This document shows, piece after piece, positions 1 to 12,500 of a DNA stretch of 64,000 nucleotides (position 1 is the first letter of the stretch; each line of letters begins with the position of its first letter). Under the pieces are notes generated by a model. It had not been told where the DNA came from. It saw nothing but the letters and a program-made list of their open reading frames with translations, and did not search any database. Both the position numbers and the translations under genes were made by a program. This stretch comes from Mobula hypostoma (lineage: Eukaryota), in the NCBI RefSeq assembly GCF_963921235.1, contig NC_086108.1, forward strand, positions 104,658,001-104,722,000. The letters are read 5' to 3'.

Positions 1-439
1 TGTTGCACAGGAGTGGAAGAGGCTTGTGGAAGACAAAGCTGGGGATAATTAGTGTGGTGCACTGATCCTTTGGCAGAGTCTATGGAGTCACTCCGGAGGG
101 GTTGAGTTAGAGGGGAGGGGGATTGATGACATCAGATCCAATAAGGCATACCAGGGGTGGCTTCCTTGGGGGATGTAGTCGGTGACTGTAATTGGTAATG
201 GGAACAGTCCCCAGTTATGTTGGGTCTTCATTGTCCTCGTTCTTTGCTGTGGCGGTGGATCTAGCAATCCTGACTTACTGTTTAGTCAAATAACTAATTA
301 ATTTGTTCAGCATATTGTTCAGCAATCAACAACACTCCCTCTGAAACCTTGCACAAAGCTTCCTCATGGACTTTGTACTGAGCGGTTTATTAGCTTAACC
401 CTGGATCAGGTAACCCTCTTTCGGAGACACAAGTGAGTG

Positions 440-625
440 CATATACTGGAATCTAGAATTACTCAATGGGTCGAGCAGCATTTGTGGAGGTAGACAAATT
501 GTCGATGTATCACCTCGAGCTCCTGAGCGCTGACAGTATCTCTACTCCAAATATTCTGCTCGATTCACTGAGTTCCTCTACCTGCCAATGTTATTCTGTA
601 GATTCCAATGTCTGCACTCTCCTTC
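440..625. mobile_element. Very degenerate Penelope terminal-repeat fold-back remnant
   Basis: actcaatgggtcgagcagcatttgtggag and ctccaaatattctgctcgattcactgagt are imperfect inverted copies of the pLTR end motif seen in younger copies; the gattccaatgtctgca tail follows. Confidence 0.4.
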
Positions 626-1236
626 AGGACATGAAAACCAAAAGTCCACAAGCCATTCCTCATCAGAGGGGGAAAGGGTCAGCAACTTTAAATTCCTCAG
701 TGTTATTATTTCGGAGGAGGTGTCCTGGGCCCAGCACGTAAGTGAAATTATGAAAAAGCACGACAGTGCCTCTACTTCTTTCGGAGTTTGCGAAGATTTG
801 GTATGACATATGAAACTTTGATGAACTTCTATAGAGGTAGTGGAGAGCATATTAACTCGCTGCATCATAGCCTGGTATGGAAACACCATTGTTCTTGAAT
901 GGAAAATCCTACAAAATGTAGTGGTTACGGCCCAGTCCATCACAGGGAAAGCCCTTCCAACCATTGAAAATATTTGCATGAAATTCTGTCGCAGGAAAGT
1001 AGCCTGCATCATCAGGGACCTTCACCACCTAGCACATGTTCTCTTCTTGCTGCCATCAGGAAGAAGGTACAGGAACCTTCATATCCTCATTACCTGGTTC
1101 AGAAACAGTTACTACCCCACAACCATCAGGAGCTTGTGCAAAGTTTCAGAGGGAGTGTTGATTGCAAAACCAATGTATTTCACTGTGCATTTCAATGTTT
1201 TGATGTACATGCACGTGACAACTAAAGCTAATCTTT
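626..1236 (+). mobile_element. Rex-Babar-type LINE 3' fragment (degenerate)
   Basis: ORFs 588..806 (ERVSNFKFLSV) and 840..1238 (ESILTRCIIAWYGN...LLPSGRRYR...FRNSYYP) match the C-terminal region of the Rex-Babar RT copy at 39062-40562. Confidence 0.75.
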
Positions 1237-1254
1237 AACTCAACAGTCCGAACA

Positions 1255-1492
1255 TGCGCTCCGAGCAGCCCCAAGTGTCACCATATTTACAGCACCAACA
1301 TAGCATGCCCTCAGCTTACCATCCCTTATTACCATGTCCCCCTTTGGAATATGGGAGGAAACCAGAGCACCTGGAGGTGACAATTACAGGGTGAACATAC
1401 AAATTCCTTACACAAAGCAGCGGGAATACAACCAGTGATCACTGATGTTAAAAAGCATTATGCTAACCACTACACTACCATGCTGACCTGTT
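1255..1492 (-). mobile_element. V-domain SINE remnant
   Basis: tgggaggaaaccagagcacctggagg is the reverse complement of the V-SINE core (cctccgggtgctccggtttcctccca); tRNA-like head remnant near 1420-1490. Confidence 0.6.
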
Positions 1493-2002
1493 GAATTAAA
1501 ATCTCTACATTTCCCAAACACCCAACACAAGCAATAATAATTAAAAGTAGGTGAGTGATCAGTGAAGCTGTGTTTTGGCTTGAGGGAGAAATGTCGACAT
1601 GTGCTCCTGGGGATCTCCCATTGGTTCCTCACCGGAAGTGCTGATCACATGACTTGAGAGCTCACTCCCCACCAAAAATGGTCTCCATCTATAATATCCT
1701 ATGGCTTGTGTGTGGGGTTTTGAAAGTGTAATCTGCCATGCCAAACCAACATTCGCTTGGACGAAATTAGGGTTTGTGTTGTGCAAGTCTCCAGTTCTAG
1801 CGCATGGAAACCTTCTGTCCTATCTGGTTCTCACAGTCTGCAGACCTTGGAGAGGTTTACTCAGTAAAGTAAATAATCACATTGGACAGTAGCCCTAACT
1901 GGGTGGTAAAATGTTCAATAATTTTGCGGTTAGAGATTCTTTGCTACGAATTGCTGTTCAATTTGTGAAAGTCACAACTTTCATCAAAGAGAGCTTTCAG
2001 CT

Positions 2003-2455
2003 AGAGTCATAGAACACTACAGCACAGAAACATGTTCTTCAGCCCATCTAATCCATGCTGACCCATTAATCTACCTCACACTACAGACCTCCACCCAGAT
2101 CATAGCCCTCCATACCCCTCACATCCATGTACCTATCCAAATTTCTCTTAAATATTGAAATCAAACCCAAGATATAGTCAAACATTCACTATTGCGCTGG
2201 CAGCTCATTCCACACTCTCACCATCCTCTGAGTGAAGAAGATCCTCCTCATGTCACCCTTAATAAACATTTCTCCTTTCACCCTTAATGCATGACCTCCA
2301 GTTGTACTCCTTCTCAATTTCTGTGGAAAATGCCTTCTTACATTCACCCGATCTATACTCCTCGTTATTTATATACCTCTATCAAATCTGCCCTCAATCT
2401 TCTACATTCTAGGGAATAAAGTCCTAACCTATTCAACCTTTTTCTGTAACTCAGT
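2003..2455 (-). mobile_element. CR1 LINE 3' end (degenerate)
   Basis: tcatagaacactacagcacagaaac CR1 tail in reverse orientation, followed by decayed ORF2 C-terminus. Confidence 0.7.
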
Positions 2456-2788
2456 TTCATCTACAGAAGTTTGTCAAAGACTTAAGTGTTGAGCCGAATC
2501 TTTGCATACTCCTAAGGAAGTAGATGCTCCATGTGCTTTTCTTGTAATTGCACTTCCGTGCTGGACACGGATAGGTCCTCCGAAATGACAACACCGAGGA
2601 ATTTAAAATTGCTGACCCTCTGATGAGGACTGGCTCATGGCCTTCTGGGTTCCTTCTCTTGGAGTCAATAATCAGCCCCCTGGTCTTGTTGACATTGAGT
2701 GAGAGGTTGTTGTTGTGGCATCACTCAGCCAGATTTTCAATCTCCCTCCTATGTACTGATTCGTCACCACCTTCGATTTGGCCTACAA
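2456..2788 (-). mobile_element. Rex-Babar LINE fragment
   Basis: Homologous to 39600-39950 (ccgaggaatttaaa, ttgttgtggcatcac, atctccctcctatgtactgattcgtcacc). Confidence 0.6.
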
Positions 2789-3299
2789 CAGAGAGAGAGA
2801 GAAAAAGAAACATTAACCAGCCAGCTCTGGTCCTTGCTCTGTGAACGCAGTGTCATTTGTTGTTTTACCTTATCATTGAAAGGCTCAGGTCAGGAAGATC
2901 TTCATAGTATGTTTGTTTTTCATTTTGTGGGTGGGGGTTTGGGGTGAGGGGATGGTGATTAAAGAGACACTGTTACCTGAACGAATTGGTTACAATTATT
3001 GTGTAACTACAAACCAAAGCAGAGAGAACCTTTTGAAACCTTGACATGAGACCTCAAATAGTTTTTAAAGATTTTGTATTAAACATTAGCTTTATTTGTC
3101 ACGTACATTAATACTTGCAGAGAAATGTGTCACTTACATCAAATTAAATCAGCTAGGATTGTACTGGGCAGCCTGCAAAGGTTTAATTATGGAGTCATTG
3201 AATCAGAGTTGTACAGTGCAGGAACGGGCCTTTCGGCTCATCCTGTCAGTGTCCCTCTACTCCAAATCTATTTGCCCCTGTTAGGAATGTATTCTTAAA

Positions 3300-3735
3300 G
3301 GTAGATTCACATGGGTAGGTTCTATTTGTCACATTGGCAGTTAAATGTGTTGTTGGCATCAATGACCAACATTATCTGTGGATGCACGGGGGTGGGGGGG
3401 GCAGCATGAAAGTGTCATCATGTTTCTGGCACCAGTATAACACATTCACAACTTGCTAACCCTAACCTTTGCATCTTTGGACAATAGACAATAGACAATA
3501 GGTGCAGAAGTAGACCATTCGGCCCTTCGAGCCTGCACCGCCATTCTGAGATCATGGCTGATCATCTACTATCAAGGTTCCTGCCTTGTCCCCATAACCC
3601 TTGATTCCCCTATCCATAAGATACCTATCTAACTCCTTCTTGAAAGCATCCAGAGAATTGGCCTCCACTGCCTTCTGAAGAATGTGGAGGGAAACTGGAG
3701 CACCTGGAGGCCCACCTGATCACAGGGAGACCGTC
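3300..3735 (-). mobile_element. V-domain SINE interrupted by a short CR1 3' end (3481-3676)
   Basis: SINE core catctttgg|aatgtggagggaaactggagcacctggagg is split by a CR1 tail that starts with (acaatag)x3. Confidence 0.65.
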
Positions 3736-3911
3736 ACCAAGCATATGTAAAGGAGGGAATCAACATTTGAGAGTCAAGATTTCTGAATGTCACTTCCCGT
3801 GCACAAGTGTAAAGGAGAATGAAATAATTTTTAATCTGGCAGCAGAAAAATAACTTGATAAGATAAAGAATAAAATAATAATCAAAAAACACAATAAATA
3901 TAAATACATGA

Positions 3912-6392
3912 GGAGTGGTGGTGGTAGGAGATTTTAATTTTCCATACATTGATTGGGACTCCCATACTGTTAGGGGTCTAGATGGTTTAGAGTTTGTAAA
4001 ATGTGTTCAGGAAAGTTTTCTAAATCAGTATATAGAGGGACCAACTAGAGGGGATGCAATATTGGATCTCCTGTTAGGAAACGAATTAGGGCAAGTGACA
4101 GAAGTCTGTGTAGGGGAGCACTTTGGTTCCAGTGATCATAACACCGTTAGTTTCAATTTGATCATGGACAAGGATAGATCTGGTCCTAGGGTTGAGGTTC
4201 TGAACTGGAAGAAGGCCAAATTTGAAGAAATGAGAAAGGTTCTAAAAAGCGTGGATTGGGACAGGTTGTTCTCTGGCAAAGATGTGATTGGTAGGTGAGA
4301 AGCCTTCAAAAGGGAAATTTTGAGAGTGCAGAGTTTGTATGTTCCTGTCAGGATTAAAGGCAAATTGAATAGGAATAAGGAACCTTGGTTCTCAAGGGAT
4401 ATTGCAACTCTGATAAAGAAGAAGAGGGAGTTGTATGAAATGTATAGGAAACAGGGGGTAAATCAGGTGCTTAAGGAGTATAAGAAAGGCAAGAAAATAC
4501 TTAAGAAAGAAATCAGGAGGGCAAAAAGAAGACATGAGGTTGCCTTGGCAGTCAAAGTGAAGGATAATCCAAAGAGCTTTTACAAGTATATTAAGAGCAA
4601 AAGGATTGTAAGGGATAAAATTGGTCCTCTTGAAGATCAGAGTGGTCGGCTTTGTGCGGAATCAAAGGAAATGAGGGAGATCTTAAATAGGTTTTTTGCG
4701 TCTGTATTTACTAAGGAAGCTGGCATGAAATCTAGGGAATTGAGGGAATCAAGTAGTGAGACCATGGAAACTGTACAGATTGAAAAGGAGGAGGTGCTTG
4801 CTGTCTTGAGGAAAATTAAAGTGGATAAATCCCTGGGACCTGACAGAGTGTTCCCTCGGACCTTGAAGGAGACTAGTGTTGAAATTGCGGGGGCCCTGGC
4901 AGAAATATTTAAAATGTCGCTGTCTACGGGTGAAGTGCCGGAGGATTGGAGAGTGGCTCATGTTGTTCCGTTGTTTAAAAAAGGATCGAAAAGTAATCCG
5001 GGAAATTATAGGCCGGTGAGTTTAACATCAGTAGTAGGGAAGTTATTGGAGTGAGTACTAAGAGACAGAATCTACAAGCATTTGGATAGACAGGGGCTTA
5101 TTAGGGAGAGTCAACATGGCTTTGTGCGTGGTAGGTCATGTTTGACCAATCTGTTGGAGTTTTTCGAGGAGGTTACCAGGAAAGTGGATGAAGGGAAGGC
5201 AGTGGATATTGTCTACATGGACTTCAGTAAGGCCTTTGACAAGGTCCCGCATGGGAGGTTAGTTAGGAAAGTTCAGTCACTAGGTATACATGGAGAGGTG
5301 GTAAATTGGATTAGACATTGGCTCGATGGAAGAAGCCAGAGAGTAGTGGTAGAGAATTGCTTCTCTGAGTGGAGGCCTGTGACTAGTGGTGTGCCACAGG
5401 GATCAGTGCTGGGTCCATTGTTATTTGTCATCTATATCAATGATCTGGATGATAGTGTGGTAAATTGGATCAGCAAGTTTGCTGATGATACAAAGATTGG
5501 AGGTGTAGTAGACAGTGAGGAAGGTTTTCAGAGCCTGCAGAGGGACTTGGACCAGCTGGAAAAATGGGCTGAAAAATGGCAGATGGAGTTTAATACCGAC
5601 AAGTGTGAGGTATTGCACGTTGGAAGGACAAACCAACGTAGAACATACAGGGTTAATGGTAAGGCACTGAGGAGTGCAGTGGAACAGAGGGATCTGGGAA
5701 TACAGATACAAAATTCCCTATAAGTGGCGTCACAGGTAGATAGGGTCGTAAAGAGAGCTTTTGGTACATTGGCCTTTATTAATCAAAGTATTGAGTATAA
5801 GAGCTGGAATGTTATGATGAGGTTGTATAAGGCATTGGTGAGGCCGAATCTGGAGTATTGTGTTCAGTTTTGGTCACCAAATTACAGGAAGGATATAAAT
5901 AAGGTTGAAAGAGTGCAGAGAAGGTTTACAAGGATGTTGCCGGGACTTGAGAAACTCAGTTACAGAGAAAGGTTGAATAGGTTAGGACTTTATTCCCTGG
6001 AGCGTAGAAGAATGAGGGGAGATTTGATAGAGGTATATAAAATTATGATGGGTATTGATAGAGTGAATGCAAGCAGGCTTTTTCCACTGAGGCAAGGGGA
6101 GAAAAAAACCAGAGGACATGGGTTAAGGGTGAGGGGGGAAAAGTTTAAAGGGAACATTAGGGGGGGCTTCTTCACACAGAGAGTGGTGGGAGTATGGAAT
6201 GAGCTGCCAGACGAGGTGGTAAATGCGGGTTCTTTTTTAACATTTAAGAATAAATTGGACAGATACATGGATGGGAGGTGTATGGAGGGATATGGTCCGT
6301 GCGCAGGTCAGTGGGACTAGGCAGAAAATGGTTCGGCACAGCCAAGAAGGGCCAAAGAGCCTGTTTCTGTGCTGTAGTTTCTATGGTTCTAT
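3912..6392 (+). mobile_element. CR1 LINE, 5'-truncated, young (ORF2 broken only by three in-frame stops)
   Basis: Consecutive same-frame ORFs 3915-4298, 4320-5054, 5082-5723 and 5724-6320. APE C-terminus (GDFN, SDH), RT motifs (NYRPVSLTS, QHGF, DFSKAFD, GVPQGSVLGP, FADD), and ttctatggttctatg tail. Confidence 0.95.
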
Positions 6393-6812
6393 GAGTGCCT
6401 GCACGTAAGGTGACTGACAGGAAATGATAAAGTAGTGGTGGTGGAGGAGTGAGTTAACGGGTGGAGGTGTGAATCAGCCTTTCTGCCTGGGGAAAGTAAC
6501 TGTTTTTGAGTCTGATAGTCCTGGTATCGATGCTACATAACCTCCTCACTAAAGAGAGTGGGACAAACAGTCCACGGACAGGGTGGGTGGGATCCTTCAT
6601 GATTTGCTGGCCCACTTCCAGCACCTTTCTGTGTTCATGTCCTTGATGGCAGTTAGGCTGGTGCTGGTGATGCATTGGGCAGTTTTGACTTTCTGTTGCA
6701 GAGCCTCCCTGTCTGCTGCAGTGCAGTTCCACATCATCCAGTGATTACAGCATGCTGGGATGCTCTCTACTGCACATCCGTAAGAGTTTGAGAGTTTTGA
6801 CGTGCACAGTCT
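6393..6812 (-). mobile_element. Rex-Babar LINE 3' fragment
   Basis: ORF 6454..6732 IMKDPTHP..LFVPL..RLKNSYFPQAERL; ORF 6597..6917 CAVESI. Confidence 0.7.
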
Positions 6813-7111
6813 GAGCAGAGGAAACATCCTCCCTGCACCCATTCCGTCACCCCATGTCACCTCAAAGTATTTTGTAATGAGATCTTTTAAACCCTTGTGG
6901 ATAGACACCCAATCCACATAAACTCCCCTACTATGGAAATTGGGCCATTAAGGAAGAAGTCAGATGAATCTTTACTGCACTTCCTTCACGTACAGTATGT
7001 CCTTGTTTAGGTAAGGAGACCATGTCTACAGGCAGGTCTCCAGGAATGATCTCACTGTGTAATTGCACTGAGATATCTTCTCTCCTCTACTCCAGTCCGT
7101 GGACTATTCCT

Positions 7112-7344
7112 GAGTATCACACACAAAATGCTGGAGGAACTCAACAGGTCGGGCAGCATCTATGGAGAGGAATAAGCAGTTGACGTTCTGGGCCGAGATC
7201 CTTAATTAGTCCAGATGAAGGGTCTTGGCCCAAAACTTTGACTGTTAATTCCACTCCACAGATGCTGCCTGACCTGTTGAGTTCTGCCTACTTTTTGAGT
7301 GTGTTGCTCTGGATTTCCAGTGTCTGCAGAATCTCTTGCATTTA
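7112..7344. mobile_element. Short Penelope fold-back (inverted pLTR ends), 12-bp TSD
   Basis: Inverted arms meet near 7205. Degenerate hammerhead agtccagatgaagggtcttggcccaaaac. TSD tggactattcct (7100-7111) / tggactactcct (7345-7356). Confidence 0.75.
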
Positions 7345-8307
7345 TGGACTACTCCTAATTAAGTCAAGAACAGCACATGCGCGGCTAATGTAGATGAACT
7401 GAACACACTGATGAGGGAGAGGGAGAAGTGGAGAGTCCGCCATCATGCCCGAAACCGGCCCCCTCGGCCTGAGTCGACGTAGTAGTAGCACATGCAGTGT
7501 CTACCAGACCAATGCTTTTAAGTTTACTAATTCTCTGAAGGAAAAGGCTCAAAACTTGAATTAATCCAATTCAAATTCCTGATGACTAACTCTCTAAACT
7601 AGCCAATCATTGAGGTTGTTGAATGGCAATGACATTGTCAAATGGTTTAGGCTCTCTTTCCTGGTACAAATAGCTTCAGGAGTCACTGGTCTTGGTGTCT
7701 TAAAAGGAGGTACTGGGATGCTGAGTTCCTGAGCTTCCATAGTTTGTATAACGGGGTTATTTGCTTAAGGGGCTGACCCCTCTGATTTCATTAGAGCTGT
7801 TTGCCATTCTAATATTTGGCAGCAGTTTAGAAGTTGGAATGTTGTGAGTTCAACAGGTTCATTAAGTACATTTAATGTCAGGGAAATGCATACAATATAC
7901 ATCCTGAAATTCTGTTTCGTCACAAACATCCACAAAAACAGAAGTGCCCAAAGAATGAATGACAGTTAAACGTTAGAACCGCAAAGCCACCCCCAGCTCC
8001 CACCTCTTACATATAAGCAGCAATGCAATGACCCCTCCCCCACCATAAGAGTTCGCCTGTATTGGATTCTGATGTTTATAATCCAAAGTTCTTTCTGAAG
8101 TCAGGAAAGAGGCACACACTGTGTTACTTAACAATCATGTTATTAAGTGCTAATTAAACAAATAAAATTAAGAAAGGACAGTAACAGGAGTGGAGAATAG
8201 TGAGTAAATGGAGAGAAACAAAAAATGATGCTGTGTGGTCAGCTCTTTTTATACACCATCAATAAGAAACATTCCATTCAAATTTGGAGATAGGAGGCAA
8301 CCAATCA

Positions 8308-9150
8308 GATAAGACCATAAAACATAGGAGCAGAATTAGGCCATTTAGCCCATTGCGTCTGCTCCGCTATTCCATCATGGCTGATCCTTTATTTTCCCCC
8401 TCCTCAGCCTTATTCCCCAGCCTTCTCCACATAACTTTAGATGCTTTGGCCAATCAAGAACCTATCAATCTCTGCCTTAAATACACACAATGATCTGGCC
8501 TCCACAGCTGTTTTTGGTAAGAAATTCTACAAATTCACCACCCTCTGGCAAAAGAAATTTCATTACATCTGTTTTAAATGGATACCCCTATATCCTCAGG
8601 CTGTGCCCTCTTGTCCTAGACTCCCCCACCATGGGAAACATCTTTTCCACATCTACTCTCTAGACCTTTCAACATTCGAAAGGTTTCAATGAGATCCACA
8701 TATCCTTTTAAATTCCAGTCAGTACAGATCCAGAGCCATCAAACGTTTTCATATGATAACCCTTTCATTCCCAGAATCATCCTTGTGAACCTCCTCTGAA
8801 CACTCTCCAATCCCAGCATCTTTTTTTTAGATAAGGAGCCCAAAACTATTCACAATACGCAAGGTGAGGACTTGTAAAGCCTCAGCATCACATCCCTGCT
8901 CTAATTCCAGACCTCTTGCATTGAATGCTAACATTGCATTTGCCTTCCTCAACTGCAAGTTAACCTTTAGGGTGTTCTGTACCAGGACTCCCAAGTCCCT
9001 TTGCATCTCAGAGTTTTGGATTTTATCACCATTTCAAAGAAGTAGTCCACACATTTATTTCTTCTACTCAAGTGCATGACCATGCATTTTACAACACTGC
9101 ATTTCATTTGCCACTTCTTGCCCATTCTCCTAAGTTGTCTAAGTCCTTCG
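8308..9150 (-). mobile_element. CR1 LINE 3' portion
   Basis: ataagaccataaaacataggagcag tail; ORF 8967..9230 KKWQMKCSVVKCMVMHL. Confidence 0.85.
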
Positions 9151-9232
9151 TCAAATACTGCAGAACCAGAGCTTTGCAGAACGATGCAAAGGAAGGTAAA
9201 CACCAGGGGACTCACATATTGCATATTCATAC

Positions 9233-9508
9233 TGTTAAAGTTAAAAGATAAAATCTGTCCCGAGCCTTATAGGCTCATCAGGCCAGTGCTTATGCCAGTT
9301 TCCGTGGTGTGAAGCGACTAAGAGTACGAGACTCACCGCCCCCCCCCCCCCCGCCGGATAGGACGCCAGTCTATCGCGAGGTTAACCCCCAGCATTTTGC
9401 CGGTACCAATTTTCGGCAGGTGGACTGGAGCATCGTGTGGTTAAGTGCCTTGCTTAAGGACACACACACTGCCTCGGCTGGGGCTTGAACTCACGACCTT
9501 CAGATCAC
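9233..9508 (-). mobile_element. tRNA-derived SINE (B box, conserved core, hairpin tail)
   Basis: Minus strand: B box gagttcaagcc, then gtgtccttaagcaaggcacttaacc, aaattggtaccggc, and 3' ctgatgagcctataaggctcg with a (tttaac)n tail. Confidence 0.7.
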
Positions 9509-9543
9509 TTATTCATACTGTAGCCTCTAGGAAATGTACTAAG

Positions 9544-12500
9544 ATGTTACATGTGGGTGGGAATCAAATTAAAGCGGCTAGGTGTGAGGAGGTTAGTTCA
9601 CAACAGAGGGATGGGAACCAGTGCAGAGAGACAGAGGAGTGTAAAGTGAGCGTAGAAGCAAAAAGTACAAAGGGGAAAAGTAAAAGTGGCAGGCCGACAA
9701 ATCCAGGGCAAGCATTAAAAAGGGCTAAGAGAGTTGTAAAAGAGCGCCTGAAGGCTTTATGTGTCAATGCAAGGAGCATTCGTAATAAGGTGGATGAATT
9801 GAAAGTGCAGATTGTTATTAATGATTATGATATAGTTGGGATCACAGAGACATGGCTCCAGGGTGACCAGGGATGGGAGCTCAACGTTCAGGGATATTCA
9901 ATATTCAGGAGGGATAGACATGAAGGAAGGGGAGGTGGGGTGGCGTTGCTGGTTAAAAAAGAGATTAACGCAATAGAAAGGAAGGACATAAGCCGGGAAG
10001 ATGTGGAATCGATATGGGTAGAGCTGCGTAACACTAAGGGGCAGAAGACGCTGCTGGGAGTTGTGTACAGGCCACCTAACAGTAGTAGTGAGGTCGGAGA
10101 TGGTATTAAACAGGAAATTAGAAATGTGTGCAATAAAGGAACAGCAGTTATAATGGGTGACTTCAATCTACATGTAGACTGGGTGAACCAAATTGGTAAA
10201 GGTGCTGAGGAAGAGGATTTCTTGGAATGTATGCGGGATGGTTTTTTGAACCAACATGTCGAGGAACCGACTAGAGAGCAGGCTATTCTGGACTGGGTTT
10301 TGAGCAATGAGGAAGGGTTAATTAGCGATCTTGTCGTGAGAGGCCCCTTGGGTAAGAGTGACCATAATATGGTGGAATTCTTCATTAACATGGAGAGTGA
10401 CGTAGTTAATTCAGAAACAAAGGTTCTGAACTTAAAGAGGGGTAACTTTGAAGGTATGAGACATGAATTAGCTAAGATAGACTGGCAAATGACACTTCAA
10501 GGATTGACGGTGGATATGCAATGGCAGGCATTTAAAGGTTGCATGGATGAACTACAACAATTGTTCATCCCAGTTTGGCAAAAGAATAAATCAAGGAAGG
10601 TAGTGCACCCGTGGCTGACAAGAGAAATTAGGGATAGTATCAATTCCAAAGAAGTAGCATACAAATTAGCCAGAGAAAGTGGCTCACCTGAGGACTGGGA
10701 GAAATTCAGAGTTCAGCAGAGGAGGACAAAGGGCTTAATTAGGAAGGGGAAAAAAGATTATGAGAGAAAACTGGCAGAGAACATAAAAACGGACTGTAAA
10801 AGCTTTTATAGATATGTAAAAAGGAAAAGACTGATAAAGACAAATGTAGGTCCCCTGCAAACAGAAACAGGTGAATTGATTATGGGGAGCAAGGACATGG
10901 CAGACCAATTGAATAATTACTTTGGTTCTGTCTTCACTAAGGAGGACATAAATAATCTTCCAGAAATAGTAAGGGACAGAGGGTCCAGTGAGATGGAGGA
11001 ACTGAGCGAAATACATGTTAGTAGGGAAGTGGTGTTAGGTAAATTGAAGGGATTGAAGGCAGATAAATCCCCAGGGCCAGATGGTCTGCATCCCAGAGTG
11101 CTTAAGGAAGTGGCCCAAGAAATAGTGGATGCATTAGTGATAATTTTTCAAAACTCGTTAGATTCTGGACTAGTTCCTGAGGATTGGAGGGTGGCTAATG
11201 TAACCCCACTTTTTAAAAAAGGAGGGAGAGAGAAACCGGGGAATTATAGGCCGGTTAGCCTAACGTCGGTGGTGGGGAAACTGCTGGAGTCAGTTATCAA
11301 GGATGTGATAACAGCACATTTGGAAAGCGGTGAAATGATCGGACAAAGTCAGCATGGATTTGTGAAAGGAAAATCATGTCTGACGAATCTCATAGAATTT
11401 TTTGAGGATGTAACTAGTAGAGTGGATAGGGGAGAACCAGTGGATGTGGTATATTTGGATTTTCAAAAGGCTTTTGACAAGGTCCCACACAGGAGATTAG
11501 TGTGCAAACTTAAAGCACATGGTATTGGGGGTAAGGTATTGGTGTGGGTGGAGAATTGGTTAGCAGACAGGAAGCAAAGAGTGGGAATAAACGGGACCTT
11601 TTCAGAATGGCAGGCGGTGACTAGTGGGGTACCGCAAGGCTCAGTGCTGGGACCCCAGTTGTTTACAATATATATTAATGACTTGGATGAGGGAATTAAA
11701 TGCAGCATCTCCAAGTTTGCGGATGACACGAAGCTGGGTGGCAGTGTTAGCAGTGAGGAGGATGCTAAGAGGATGCAGGGTGACTTGGATAGGTTGGGTG
11801 AGTGGGCAAACTCATGGCAGATGCAATTTAATGTGGATAAATGTGAAGTTATCCACTTTGGTGGCAAAAATAGGAAAACAGATTATTATCTGAATGGTGG
11901 CCGATTAGGAAAAGGGGAGGTGCAACGAGACCTGGGTGTCATTATACACCAGTCATTGAAAGTGGGCATGCAGGTACAGCAGGCGGTGAAAAAGGCGAAC
12001 GGTATGCTGGCATTTATAGCGAGAGGATTCGAGTACAGGAGCAGGGAGGTACTACTGCAGTTGTACAAGGCCTTGGTGAGACCACACCTGGAGTATTGTG
12101 TGCAGTTTTGGTCCCCTAATCTGAGGAAAGACATCCTTGCCATAGAGGGAGTACAAAGAAGGTTCACCAGATTGATTCCTGGGATGGCAGGTCTTTCATA
12201 TGAAGAAAGACTGGATGAACTGGGCTTGTACTCGTTGGAATTTAGAAGATTGAGGGGGGATCTGATTGAAACGTATAAGATCCTAAAGGGATTGGACAGG
12301 CTAGATGCGGGAAGATTGTTCCCGATGTTGGGGAGGTCTAGAACGAGGGGTCACAGTTTGAGGATAGAGGGGAAGCCTTTTAGGACCGAGGTTAGGAAAA
12401 ACTTCTTCACACAGAGAGTGGTGAATCTGTGGAATTCTCTGCCACAGCAAACTGTTGAGGCCAGTTCATTAGCTATGTTTAAAAGGAAGTTAGATATGGC

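Noticed and set aside
1..330. Possible host exon or Gypsy protease remnant on the minus strand (YALLDL)
   Set aside because: Too short and ambiguous; no supported splice pair or motif.
9262..9292. Hammerhead in the SINE tail (CUGAUGAG on the minus strand)
   Set aside because: No GAAA after the hairpin.
9445..9543. N-terminal extension of the CR1 ORF (SINE-LINE fusion protein)
   Set aside because: GTG start inside an antisense SINE; chance open frame.
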